In this document: positions 1-8,095 of the stretch, piece by piece | Numbering within the stretch: the first letter of the stretch is position 1 | How the letters are laid out: each line of letters opens with the position of its first letter | Origin: Candidatus Hydrogenedentota bacterium | GTDB lineage: Bacteria; Hydrogenedentota; Hydrogenedentia; Hydrogenedentales; SLHB01 | DNA length: 48,014 nt | Assembly (NCBI GenBank): GCA_045863295.1 | Contig: BTWA01000040.1 | Coordinates: forward strand, 1 to 48,014 | Reading direction: 5' to 3' | The notes under the pieces: model-generated | Seen by the model: only the letters and a program-made list of their open reading frames with translations | Told to the model about the DNA's origin: nothing | The model's database searches: none | Translations under genes and position numbers: made by a program

Positions 1-1097
1 GAATCGTCGCTCTCGGTTAATGCTTTGGCCAACTCAAACCGGGCGAAGGGTTGTTGCGGCATCATGCCCACGGCCGTGAGCAAGGCTTGCTGTTTCTCCT
101 GGCCTTTCAATGCTTGAGCGGCCGCGACGATGGCTTCGGGCGAACTTGTCCCCGTGGATACAATCGAGCGCGCGGCCTCTTCTTTCAACGACGCCCACTG
201 GCGCAACCGGGAAAGCCCTTCGCCGCCGCTGCCCTTGTCCCTCCGGGCAGTCAGAATATCGTTGAGTTTTGGCGCACCGAGGGCAGGATCCTCGGTGGAC
301 TGGAATTCGCCCGTAGTTGGCTTGAGATCTTCCATGAAGGAATCCAGCTTTTGGCGTTGTTTGGCAATCATGGAATCGGGTTTACCGTCCGGATTCGTCG
401 CATCCGGCGCCTCCGGATTCAGAGGAGCCCTTTGTTGTACGCTTCCGTCGGCGACAAGGGGGCCATTCGCACCGGTTTCAGTCTCGTTGCCGGAGACACC
501 TCCGCGCATTCCATTGAACACCGCCAGACCGGCGACAATCGCGATACCCGCGGCGGCAGCCAAGCCGCCCCAGCGGACCCACGCTCGCGGTGAATTGGCG
601 CGCCGGGTCTCGATAGAAATTACCTTCGGTTGGATGGCGGCCATGACGCCTTCAATCAGATCGATTGAAGGCGCGGCCATTTCGACACGGTTTCCAATCG
701 CTTCCAGCGAGGCGTAGATATTCCGGGCATTTTGCAGTTCGGACTCGCATTCGGGGGCTGCATCAATCATCCATTCGAAGTTGGCCAAGGCATCGCTCGA
801 CAAGTTGCCGTCGAGATAGTCCAGCGCCGATTCGAAATACGAATCTGCCGTCGCTGTTTGGTCCACGGCGGCGAGCACGGCATCGGCAATATCGATGGTG
901 GGTACGGCGGCCTCAATGCACTCGCCCAACGACTCCAAGCCCGCATACATGGAACGCACGTCTTCCAACTCGGACCGGTATTCGGCGGAAGCAGCGAGCG
1001 CCCGCTCGACGCGATCCGCTTCATCCGCGGAACACGCGCCGTCGAGATAGGCGATCAATTCTTCGAATCGCCGGTTTCGCTCATCTGCATTCAACAT
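1..1097 (-). CDS. Transmembrane anti-sigma factor with two tandem anti-sigma domains (3'-partial, runs off the window edge)
   Basis: Absent from the ORF track because it has no stop codon inside the window. Manual translation from ATG 1097 gives MLNADERNRRFEELIAYLDGACSADEADRVERALAAS... with two YLDG-containing repeats, then a TM helix (WGGLAAAAGIAIVAGLAVF) and a hydrophilic domain open to base 1. It lies directly downstream of an ECF sigma gene. Confidence 0.75.
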   Translation of the reverse strand, partial: MLNADERNRRFEELIAYLDGACSADEADRVERALAASAEYRSELEDVRSMYAGLESLGECIEAAVPTIDIADAVLAAVDQTATADSYFESALDYLDGNLSSDALANFEWMIDAAPECESELQNARNIYASLEAIGNRVEMAAPSIDLIEGVMAAIQPKVISIETRRANSPRAWVRWGGLAAAAGIAIVAGLAVFNGMRGGVSGNETETGANGPLVADGSVQQRAPLNPEAPDATNPDGKPDSMIAKQRQKLDSFMEDLKPTTGEFQSTEDPALGAPKLNDILTARRDKGSGGEGLSRLRQWASLKEEAARSIVSTGTSSPEAIVAAAQALKGQEKQQALLTAVGMMPQQPFARFELAKALTESDD

Positions 1098-1147
1098 GGC
1101 ACCACATCCAAACCTGTCTGGCGTGCTGACTTGGCCGCCAGAATCCT

Positions 1148-1789
1148 CTACAAATCCTCACGAACGCCAATGTATTCCGAACGGAGCATTTTGAGGATTC
1201 GGTGCAGACGTGTCCGCACGGCACCCTCGGTACTCTCGATCACTTCGGCGATATCGCGCGCCTGCATTTTTTTGAAGAAACGCATCATTACAATCTCGCG
1301 CGATTCGCTATCCAGCGATGCAAGCGCCCGCTCCAGCACTTCCAACCGCTCATCCGCCATTGCGGACTGGTCCGGCCCATCGGCCGGCGACCGCAGCAGG
1401 GCGCCCGATTCGTTGCGCGCCGAGCTGGCGTATTCTTCCAGCGATTCCATGGGAACCGCTTTTTTCCTTTTCAACTCGTTCAAGCAGAGGTTGCGCGCGA
1501 TGCACAAAACCCACGGGCGGAATTTGCGCTGGGCGTCGAAACGGCTCCGAGCGACGTAGACCCGAATGAAGGTTTCCTGGGACATCTCCCGCGCCCGCTC
1601 CACCTCACGCAGGTAGTGCAGACAGAATCTGAAAATGTCATTTTGGTACCGGCGAACGAGCTCCTCAAGGGCGCTGTTGTCGCCCTCGGAGAGGATGGCC
1701 ATCAATTCTTCGTCGGTACGTTCTACCGCGTTCAACCGTTTAACTCGACGCGCCAACGGCCCGGACTCTGGCGGCCCGCCCTTGCGCAT
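1148..1789 (-). CDS. ECF (sigma-70 group 4) RNA polymerase sigma factor
   Basis: TDEELM...ALEELVRRYQNDIFRFC, region 2 (EMSQETFIRVY...FRPWVLCIARNLCLN) and region 4 HTH (REIVMMRFFKKMQARDIAEVIESTEGAVRTRLHR). Start uncertain (ATG 1789 or TTG 1735). Confidence 0.93.
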   Translation of the reverse strand: MRKGGPPESGPLARRVKRLNAVERTDEELMAILSEGDNSALEELVRRYQNDIFRFCLHYLREVERAREMSQETFIRVYVARSRFDAQRKFRPWVLCIARNLCLNELKRKKAVPMESLEEYASSARNESGALLRSPADGPDQSAMADERLEVLERALASLDSESREIVMMRFFKKMQARDIAEVIESTEGAVRTRLHRILKMLRSEYIGVREDL

Positions 1790-1940
1790 TGGTCCGTCAC
1801 GTAATGAATACAATTCATAAAGCCATTCATCACAGACGGATAGCCCCACATTTGTGAACCACGCCCATTCATAGCAAATTGCATAACATATTGTACGGTG
1901 CGGTCTTGCATAACGCAAGATACGCCGGACCCGATACGGA

Positions 1941-2117
1941 CCGTGGCGGAGGGTGCTGCCCGTCGCCCCTGGTTTTCGAGATTAGATTTGGGTCCAAGCG
2001 GGTTGGCCTCATGTCGAAGTGTGCCGGTTGCGCACGCTGCAAGTCTCGTTGAGGAGGCCACGTTGGGGTTCCAGGAACAGGCGACATGGCTGCTACCTCA
2101 GGCGCCCTCCACTACGG
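1941..2117. ncRNA. Candidate rod-shaped structured ncRNA, 6S RNA-like
   Basis: Nested long-range pairings: 1941-1957 with 2101-2117, GTCGCC/GGCGAC, CCTGG/CCAGG, an unpaired AT-rich bubble 1973-1990, TGGCCTC/GAGGCCA and an apical hairpin GTGTGC-CGGTT-GCGCAC. About 177 nt, intergenic. Strand unresolved. Confidence 0.45.
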
Positions 2118-2155
2118 CTTTCACGGCGCCAGTTCTTGCCGCAGGACGGCCGGGC

Positions 2156-2692
2156 CTAGTCACGCCGCGTGAAACTGCCGTCCATTCCTAAGACCATGAT
2201 TCGGGCCTCCACGGCCGCAGTGGCTTGGAAGACAGCTTCGGTGGCCTGATTCCGCAGTTCAGCGGAATCAGGCCGAAGCGCCATGGCGGCCAATTGGTCA
2301 GCGGCTCCGATGAGTTCCGTAAGTGTGTTGCTGGCAATGTTCGAATCGTGCAGTCTTCGCCTCAAGTCGTTTACCCGTGGATTAAAGCGGCGATCGCGCC
2401 AGAGGACAAAGGCCTCCGACCGGCTACCGCCTTCTTTTTCAATCCGGTCCAGATATTCCCGGGTTAATGCCACGAGTTCCTGGGTCGCGGCGTTGAGTTG
2501 CCGTGCCTCATCGTCGGAGTCTCCGGCACTTGTCCGGAGCAGGCCTCCCCTGTCCGCCGCCCACCATTGTACGGCCCAGAAAGCCCCGGCCATACTGCCG
2601 AGACTGACCAGTGCGGCCGCGGAGGCCATGATGAGTTTTTGCCCGATCCACTGAAACACGCGTTCGAGAGTTGGAGGTTCGGGAATGCTCAT
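2156..2692 (-). CDS. Hypothetical membrane-anchored helical protein
   Basis: ATG 2692 overlaps the upstream stop (ATGA). One N-terminal TM segment (LIMASAAALVSLGSMAGAFWAVQWW) followed by an amphipathic helical domain. Confidence 0.65.
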   Translation of the reverse strand: MSIPEPPTLERVFQWIGQKLIMASAAALVSLGSMAGAFWAVQWWAADRGGLLRTSAGDSDDEARQLNAATQELVALTREYLDRIEKEGGSRSEAFVLWRDRRFNPRVNDLRRRLHDSNIASNTLTELIGAADQLAAMALRPDSAELRNQATEAVFQATAAVEARIMVLGMDGSFTRRD

Positions 2693-3396
2693 GTGCGTTT
2701 CAGCAATCGCCGGATGTTTTGCGGATTGCTCTCCCAAGCGAGTGCTTTCGGGTAGTCCGGGTATGCGCGTTCGGCCTGATTGAACTCACGGGTGTGGATG
2801 CGCCTTCGTCCCGTGGGACCTTCCTCGATGCCGAGATAGGCGTGGAGCATTTCGTGAAATACGATGTAGCGCACGTAGAACTCGGGCACGAATTCCTGAT
2901 CGAGGTACGGGTGAATCCGGATGAGATTGCTTTCAACGGTGTAGCTGCCAAAACGAATAGATCGTTGGCGTTTCGGGCGTGGAAATCTTCCCCACGTAAT
3001 GGCGGCGGTAATGGTGTCATCGAAGTAGTGATGTTTGACCTCGTCGTAAATACTCTGCAGGTCAAAGACGCGACCGCGCGTGCATACGACGATTCTACGC
3101 CGTTGCCGGGGGCGAATGAGATGCCGGTTGGACCGGATGTAGGAATCGATAACGGCACCGGAACGTGGGCAGCGCGGTTTGGTTACCCATGCCGCGAGCG
3201 CCTTGACCACCTGTGAATCCGCGTGGAGGAACATGCGATGAGCGCGTACCATAATGGCGCGGCGCCCGGGTTGCGGCTTTACGGTGAGCAGGGAACTCGA
3301 GTTATCGGTGAGGGTAAGGTGAATCGGCACGCCTGCATGGCGTTCCAATTCCAAGTGCAACGTTTGCTCGTCGCGAAGGGCGAGTTCAAGCTGCAT
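2689..3396 (-). CDS. SprT-like / M48 (YgjP/DUF45) zinc metalloprotease-family protein
   Basis: IRFGSY...IRIHPYLDQEFVPEFYVRYIVFHEMLH (HExxH) followed by HTREF. Start at ATG 3396 (or TTG 3405). Confidence 0.85.
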   Translation of the reverse strand: MQLELALRDEQTLHLELERHAGVPIHLTLTDNSSSLLTVKPQPGRRAIMVRAHRMFLHADSQVVKALAAWVTKPRCPRSGAVIDSYIRSNRHLIRPRQRRRIVVCTRGRVFDLQSIYDEVKHHYFDDTITAAITWGRFPRPKRQRSIRFGSYTVESNLIRIHPYLDQEFVPEFYVRYIVFHEMLHAYLGIEEGPTGRRRIHTREFNQAERAYPDYPKALAWESNPQNIRRLLKRT

Positions 3397-3426
3397 GGCG
3401 TACAATCCTATACGGCAAATAGAATC

Positions 3427-4440
3427 TCACAGCGCCGCTGAGCGGGGTGCGTCGGCGGCATTCGAACGGGTGCCTACACGGGGACGATGATACCCGGCCA
3501 TCACCCAAAGAGAAAACTGGGTGCCAAACAACATAGCCGCGAGCAATAAGTGAACCGGCTGCAGTATGGCCGGCATGCCCAGATAGTAGAGCGAAGCGCC
3601 GGTGGCGATTTCAGCCGCAATAATGGCGATGAGTATCGTTGCCATCGTTTTTAGTGCTTTTGCATCCGGAGCGAATCGGCGAACGAGCAGGAAGGCTACA
3701 CCGTTCGTCAAGAGTACGAGGATGGACAGCGATCGGTGGATCATGAAGTCCAAACCGAATCGGGCGAACCACTGACTGCGCAGTTCTTCCCCCAGTTGCA
3801 CGGCAATGACGTCGACGCTTTCCCTGACGCGAGTGCCCAGAAATACCTGCACGAGGCTCAGCGCCAGTGTGCCAAACAAAAGCGGTGTAAACCACGATGG
3901 GAGATCTACGGACACATCCGAGAATTGGTCGCGTTGCGATCGCGCCACTGCCCATGCCAAGACGGCAACGATAGCCACGGCGACAGCCATGTGCACTGTA
4001 ATCATCCATGGTGTCAAATGACTGCCCACCACTTCCTTACCAAGCCAACCGGCCAAGCCGGTCAGGAGCACGGCCGCCAGGGCCAAGCCTGCAAGCCCGC
4101 GGTCTCTGCGCCAGACGGTCAGAGCGACGCCGAGCGTGACGATTGTCAGCAACCCGACAACTGCCCCGGTGAGGCGGTTGAAGTATTCGGTCCACGTATG
4201 GAACGCGTTGAACTCCAATCCCGCGTAATAGGGATAAAGCTCCTCATAATTGGGCGGCAATTGGGAGGCGTCGGTTGGCGGAATCCAACGGCCGAAGCAT
4301 TTTGGCCAATCGGGGCATCCCATGCCCGAGCCGGTGGCCCGCACGCTGGCGCCAAAAAGGATTAGGAAATAGATGGCGGCCAGCGTAATGCGCGCGGCCG
4401 TGCGAAATCGCTTCAGTCCAGGGTCTGTACTGCTGTTCAT
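3427..4440 (-). CDS. ctaA: Heme A synthase (COX15/CtaA, type 1 with Cys pair)
   Basis: [38 protein letters not shown] and QPVHLLLA motifs; about 8 TM segments. Confidence 0.93.
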   Translation of the reverse strand: MNSSTDPGLKRFRTAARITLAAIYFLILFGASVRATGSGMGCPDWPKCFGRWIPPTDASQLPPNYEELYPYYAGLEFNAFHTWTEYFNRLTGAVVGLLTIVTLGVALTVWRRDRGLAGLALAAVLLTGLAGWLGKEVVGSHLTPWMITVHMAVAVAIVAVLAWAVARSQRDQFSDVSVDLPSWFTPLLFGTLALSLVQVFLGTRVRESVDVIAVQLGEELRSQWFARFGLDFMIHRSLSILVLLTNGVAFLLVRRFAPDAKALKTMATILIAIIAAEIATGASLYYLGMPAILQPVHLLLAAMLFGTQFSLWVMAGYHRPRVGTRSNAADAPRSAAL

Positions 4441-5831
4441 GGCGCAGGGCTGGTGGCCGTATCCAGTACCGCCAGCATCTCCTCTATTCGCGTGAATTTT
4501 TCGCGGGGTTTGTTTCTGGTCTTTCCTCGTTCGACCTCAGCTTCGTCAATTCGCCGCCAGTCGTCAAAACTGACGGTACGAATGCCGCGCTGTTTCAACA
4601 GCGAAATGAGTGCGCGGGTAGAAGGCAATTCGTGCCGAGCGAGGGCTGACAAATCCTGAATCACGGCGTGCGCAGTTTCATGGCTGTCCGGTTTGTTGGT
4701 TCCGATGACACCTGAAGGACCGCGCTTGATCCAGCCGGCCACGTAGAGGCGTGGCAGCACGTCGCCGCCGTCGAGTACTCTTCCTTCCCGATTGGGAATG
4801 ATACCTTTCCGATCGTCAAAGGGCACGCCGGGCATGGGTAGTCCTCGATACCCCACGCTGCGAAACAGCAATCCGCAATCCATGGACTCGAATTGTCCAG
4901 TGCCTACGGCCTTCATCTGGAATGGAGTGCCTTCTAAACGGTTTCGCTCCCATTCGACACGTTCCAAGCGTTTGCTTCCGTACATCGCGATGGGACTGCG
5001 AAGAAAATGAATGAAGAGCTTGCGGGGGGCCGAGAGCTGCCGTTCCTTTGCAAACGCTTGAAGTGCTTCGTAGTTCTTTTGCGTTTGAATGTTGGAAGGG
5101 TCGTCCAGTTCCGCGCGGCTGCCTTTATCCAGGATCAGGTCTTCCGGGCGGACTATTGTTTCGCACGCGGCCAGTTCGCCAAACTCACGGATTTCCGGTG
5201 GCGTGAATTTGGCCTGGACCGGGCCGCGACGTCCGAAGAGATGCACTTCTCTCACCCTGCTGGCCGCGAGCGCATCCAATGCGTGTTCCGCAATATCGGT
5301 GACCCGCAACTCGTCGGCCGTTTTGGCCAGGATCCGGCAGACATCCATGGCGACGTTGCCTTGACCCACCACCACTGCCACTTCCTGGGAGAGGTCGAAC
5401 AGGCGGTCGACGTAATCGGGATGGCCGTTATACCACCCGACAAACTCAGTGGCCGTGTGACTGCCGGGCAGGTCCTCTCCGGGTATGCCTAGGCGGTTGT
5501 CGGATTCAGCGCCGCAGGCGAATACAATGGCATCGTAGAACGTGCGCAGTTCATTCACGGTCACATCCCGGCCCACGTTCACGTTCCCGATAAAGCCAAA
5601 ATCCGGATGGGTCGCAATTCGTTCATAGACCCGGGTAACGCTCTTAATCTTGGCGTGGTCGGGGGCCACGCCCCCGCGTACCAGGCCGTACGGTGTGGGA
5701 AGTCGATCGATCAAGTCGACTTGAATGCCGAGATTGGACTTGAACAGGGCTTCCGCCGCATAGAAACCGCTTGGACCCGCCCCGATAATTGCCACACGAA
5801 ACGGACTTGCCGCCGTTCCCAGATCAGTCAT
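4437..5831 (-). CDS. fprA: Adrenodoxin-reductase-type ferredoxin-NADP+ reductase (FprA/Arh1/FDXR family)
   Basis: [74 protein letters not shown] and the C-terminal KPREK motif. Start set to ATG 5831 (MTDLG). Confidence 0.9.
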   Translation of the reverse strand: MTDLGTAASPFRVAIIGAGPSGFYAAEALFKSNLGIQVDLIDRLPTPYGLVRGGVAPDHAKIKSVTRVYERIATHPDFGFIGNVNVGRDVTVNELRTFYDAIVFACGAESDNRLGIPGEDLPGSHTATEFVGWYNGHPDYVDRLFDLSQEVAVVVGQGNVAMDVCRILAKTADELRVTDIAEHALDALAASRVREVHLFGRRGPVQAKFTPPEIREFGELAACETIVRPEDLILDKGSRAELDDPSNIQTQKNYEALQAFAKERQLSAPRKLFIHFLRSPIAMYGSKRLERVEWERNRLEGTPFQMKAVGTGQFESMDCGLLFRSVGYRGLPMPGVPFDDRKGIIPNREGRVLDGGDVLPRLYVAGWIKRGPSGVIGTNKPDSHETAHAVIQDLSALARHELPSTRALISLLKQRGIRTVSFDDWRRIDEAEVERGKTRNKPREKFTRIEEMLAVLDTATSPAP

Positions 5832-5995
5832 GAGTTGCTCCGCCCATCGTGCCTGTTCAGTTCCACTTCCTCCATCGGTCAATCCCAGCGCCGAACTGCA
5901 GGCGGAACCTGGATCGAGCCTATGCCATACGGTGGGTGAAATCAAGCCCATGGCGTTGTTGAATTTCGCCAAGGAAATCGAAACACTCACCGGCA

Positions 5996-7720
5996 ATGAA
6001 TTCTCATGGACAGTACGCCGATACCACTGGTACCTCCCTTGGACAGTCTAACCGCGCACGCGGGCTTGCCTGGGGTGCAATGGCGTTCATTCTGGTGCTG
6101 GCATCGGGATTGCGCCTGTATGACCTCGCGGGTACAGGCATTTTCAGCGTGGATGAAGGCCGGTACTACCTTGATGCGGTCAGCAAGTCGAATGAGTGGC
6201 AGTTTGCCTCGGAATTGTTGGCTGCCAAGCGGCTGGAGCGGAAAGGCGCGGCGGACTTGGTTCTGTCGGAGGCCCTGGCGGAGGCCTATCCGAAACTGGG
6301 CGCGCTGCCGCCGTTTTCGCCCAAGCTGGGCTACAACTACCTAACCGCACTTGTAATGACCGTGACTGGACGGACGGTCATCGCCGCATCCATCCTTGAG
6401 GCGGTCTGCGGGGTGCTGTTGGTCCTCGTTCTTTATTTCTACATGGCGCACGTGTGTGGGTATGTGCCCGCGGTGTTGGCGGCGTTATTCCTGGCATGTT
6501 CGCCCTACCATGTTTACTTCTCGCGCAACGGGTATCCGCAAACGTCGTCAGGGTTGTTCTTTTTGCTTTCGGCGCTCTGCATATTTTTTTGGGCAAGGGG
6601 TAGTGCTCGGGGTTCAAAATACACGTCGTTGTGGCTGGCGGCATGTGGCATAACGGCGGGCATTTCGTTCTGGGTTAACTACCAGGCCGCGGGCGCTTTG
6701 CCAGCAATTCCTGCCATGGTGGTGTTTGCCTGTTGGATACATCGCGGCCGGGTTGGATTCGTGCGTACTTTAATTTGGAGCGGGTTCTATATCGCATTGG
6801 GTTTTACTGTTGTTATGCTGGCTGCGGAAGCGATGGCCTATCCGTATATTTTGCTGTTTCGGATGCAGGGTATGAATTATCCCCATCCGACATTTTTCGA
6901 GCTGCTATTTCCCCGCTTTGGCAATCAGGCGAGCTTTCCGTGGAACGTTTCGGGCATTGCATTGTTCCCGTTTTTCACTTGGGTATTCACTGGTTGGACG
7001 GGCGTTGCGGCCGCGGGACTGGCTTGTGGCGCAGGATTCCTTTTGTGCCTTAGGGCACCCGCGGATGTGCGCCGAGCCGCATTGCTATTCGTTATAGTCC
7101 CACTCGCTGCAACGCTGTTCCTGTTCTCCTTTAAGACGATGCAAGGCGCGCGCATGTTTACGTATGCGCTTCCCTTCTTCTGTGGTTTGCTGGGTTGGAC
7201 CTTGACGTCCATGTGGCAAGGCAAGATTGTGACCCAGGGGCTTTCGCTGGCCTTCGGTATGGCTATTCTCGTGTCGGCGGGAACGGGCCTGCGCGACGTA
7301 CTCGCCATTCGTTCGGGGTATCCGGACTTTATCCGGCAACTCCGCGCAGCGGGACAGGTCGAAGCGTGTGCCGCATGGTCGTCTCCATTGGAGTCCTATT
7401 TGATGCAGGAGAACCTTGGCGGGGGCAACATTTATGCGTATTTGAAAGAGGGGAAAACTCCGCCTCGCTGGTATATCAGTGATTGGCAAGAACTTTACAA
7501 TTTCCGCTATCCCGATGAGGCCATCGCCGTGCCGCGGGAGGCGAAACCTATCCTGGCATTGAACCACGGCATAAACAGGTTATTTCTCTTGGTAGAGGCT
7601 TTTCCTTCGTCGGGAAGCACGATGGAGAATATTCAGTGGGTATTGGATTTCGAGATTGATCGGGCGCGAAAAATCTTGGTATACGATTTGGCCGAATCCG
7701 GGATTCGAATGGGTCCGTGA
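5996..7720 (+). CDS. GT-C fold membrane glycosyltransferase (GT39/ArnT/PMT_2-like)
   Basis: N-terminal TM ending LRLYDL followed by the SVDEGRY motif; [16 protein letters not shown]; many TM helices. Confidence 0.8.
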   Translation: MNSHGQYADTTGTSLGQSNRARGLAWGAMAFILVLASGLRLYDLAGTGIFSVDEGRYYLDAVSKSNEWQFASELLAAKRLERKGAADLVLSEALAEAYPKLGALPPFSPKLGYNYLTALVMTVTGRTVIAASILEAVCGVLLVLVLYFYMAHVCGYVPAVLAALFLACSPYHVYFSRNGYPQTSSGLFFLLSALCIFFWARGSARGSKYTSLWLAACGITAGISFWVNYQAAGALPAIPAMVVFACWIHRGRVGFVRTLIWSGFYIALGFTVVMLAAEAMAYPYILLFRMQGMNYPHPTFFELLFPRFGNQASFPWNVSGIALFPFFTWVFTGWTGVAAAGLACGAGFLLCLRAPADVRRAALLFVIVPLAATLFLFSFKTMQGARMFTYALPFFCGLLGWTLTSMWQGKIVTQGLSLAFGMAILVSAGTGLRDVLAIRSGYPDFIRQLRAAGQVEACAAWSSPLESYLMQENLGGGNIYAYLKEGKTPPRWYISDWQELYNFRYPDEAIAVPREAKPILALNHGINRLFLLVEAFPSSGSTMENIQWVLDFEIDRARKILVYDLAESGIRMGP

Positions 7721-7741
7721 GAGCGCATGACTAATCGAGAA

Positions 7742-8095
7742 TCATGCTTCCCGGAATTTTTCAGTGAAGTCGTCGTCCTGCACGGTACAATGCAGTTTTG
7801 GATGTTGCTTGTATTGAGACCAAAGCGGTCCAATCATTTCCTCGTCGAGCATGAAGCAACGCCCCAGGTACATGGAGTCTTTTGGCGCGACGGAGAACTT
7901 CACGAAATAGCAGCGAGGATGTTCGGAGAGATCGAAGAGCAATTGCGCCAGGAACTGAAGGTCGGTGGCGACAAAACAGAGTTTTTTGTTGCAATAAACG
8001 GCGCCTGGAGCCCTGCCTCGTCCGTCCCGCGCGAGAAAAACGCCGTTATGCGTCGAATAAAACTGATTCAATAGCACGGGGTCGATTTCAGTCAT
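7742..8095 (-). CDS. Hypothetical protein (117 aa)
   Basis: ATG 8095 overlaps the acyl-CoA dehydrogenase stop (ATGA). Protein-like composition (MTEIDPVLLNQFYSTHNGVFL...VQDDDFTEKFREA). Confidence 0.6.
   Translation of the reverse strand: MTEIDPVLLNQFYSTHNGVFLARDGRGRAPGAVYCNKKLCFVATDLQFLAQLLFDLSEHPRCYFVKFSVAPKDSMYLGRCFMLDEEMIGPLWSQYKQHPKLHCTVQDDDFTEKFREA

Noticed and set aside
51..1804. Long plus-strand ORFs (51-593, 130-717, 665-1129, 732-1559, 1202-1804)
   Set aside because: Antisense shadows of the anti-sigma and ECF genes, with no motifs; expected in GC-rich DNA.
1941..2117. tRNA, tmRNA, SRP or RNase P identity for the intergenic structured region (tRNA-like end CACCCTCCGCCA on the minus strand; AGCAGCC and GTGTGCCGG motifs)
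   Set aside because: There is no TTCG T-loop or cloverleaf, the SRP-like motifs lie on opposite strands with no GGAA tetraloop helix, and no RNase P GAGGAAAGTCC signature is present.
7727..8074. Plus-strand 115-aa ORF after the glycosyltransferase
   Set aside because: It fully overlaps the minus-strand ORF, which has ATGA coupling to the acyl-CoA dehydrogenase and is preferred. Not fully excluded.
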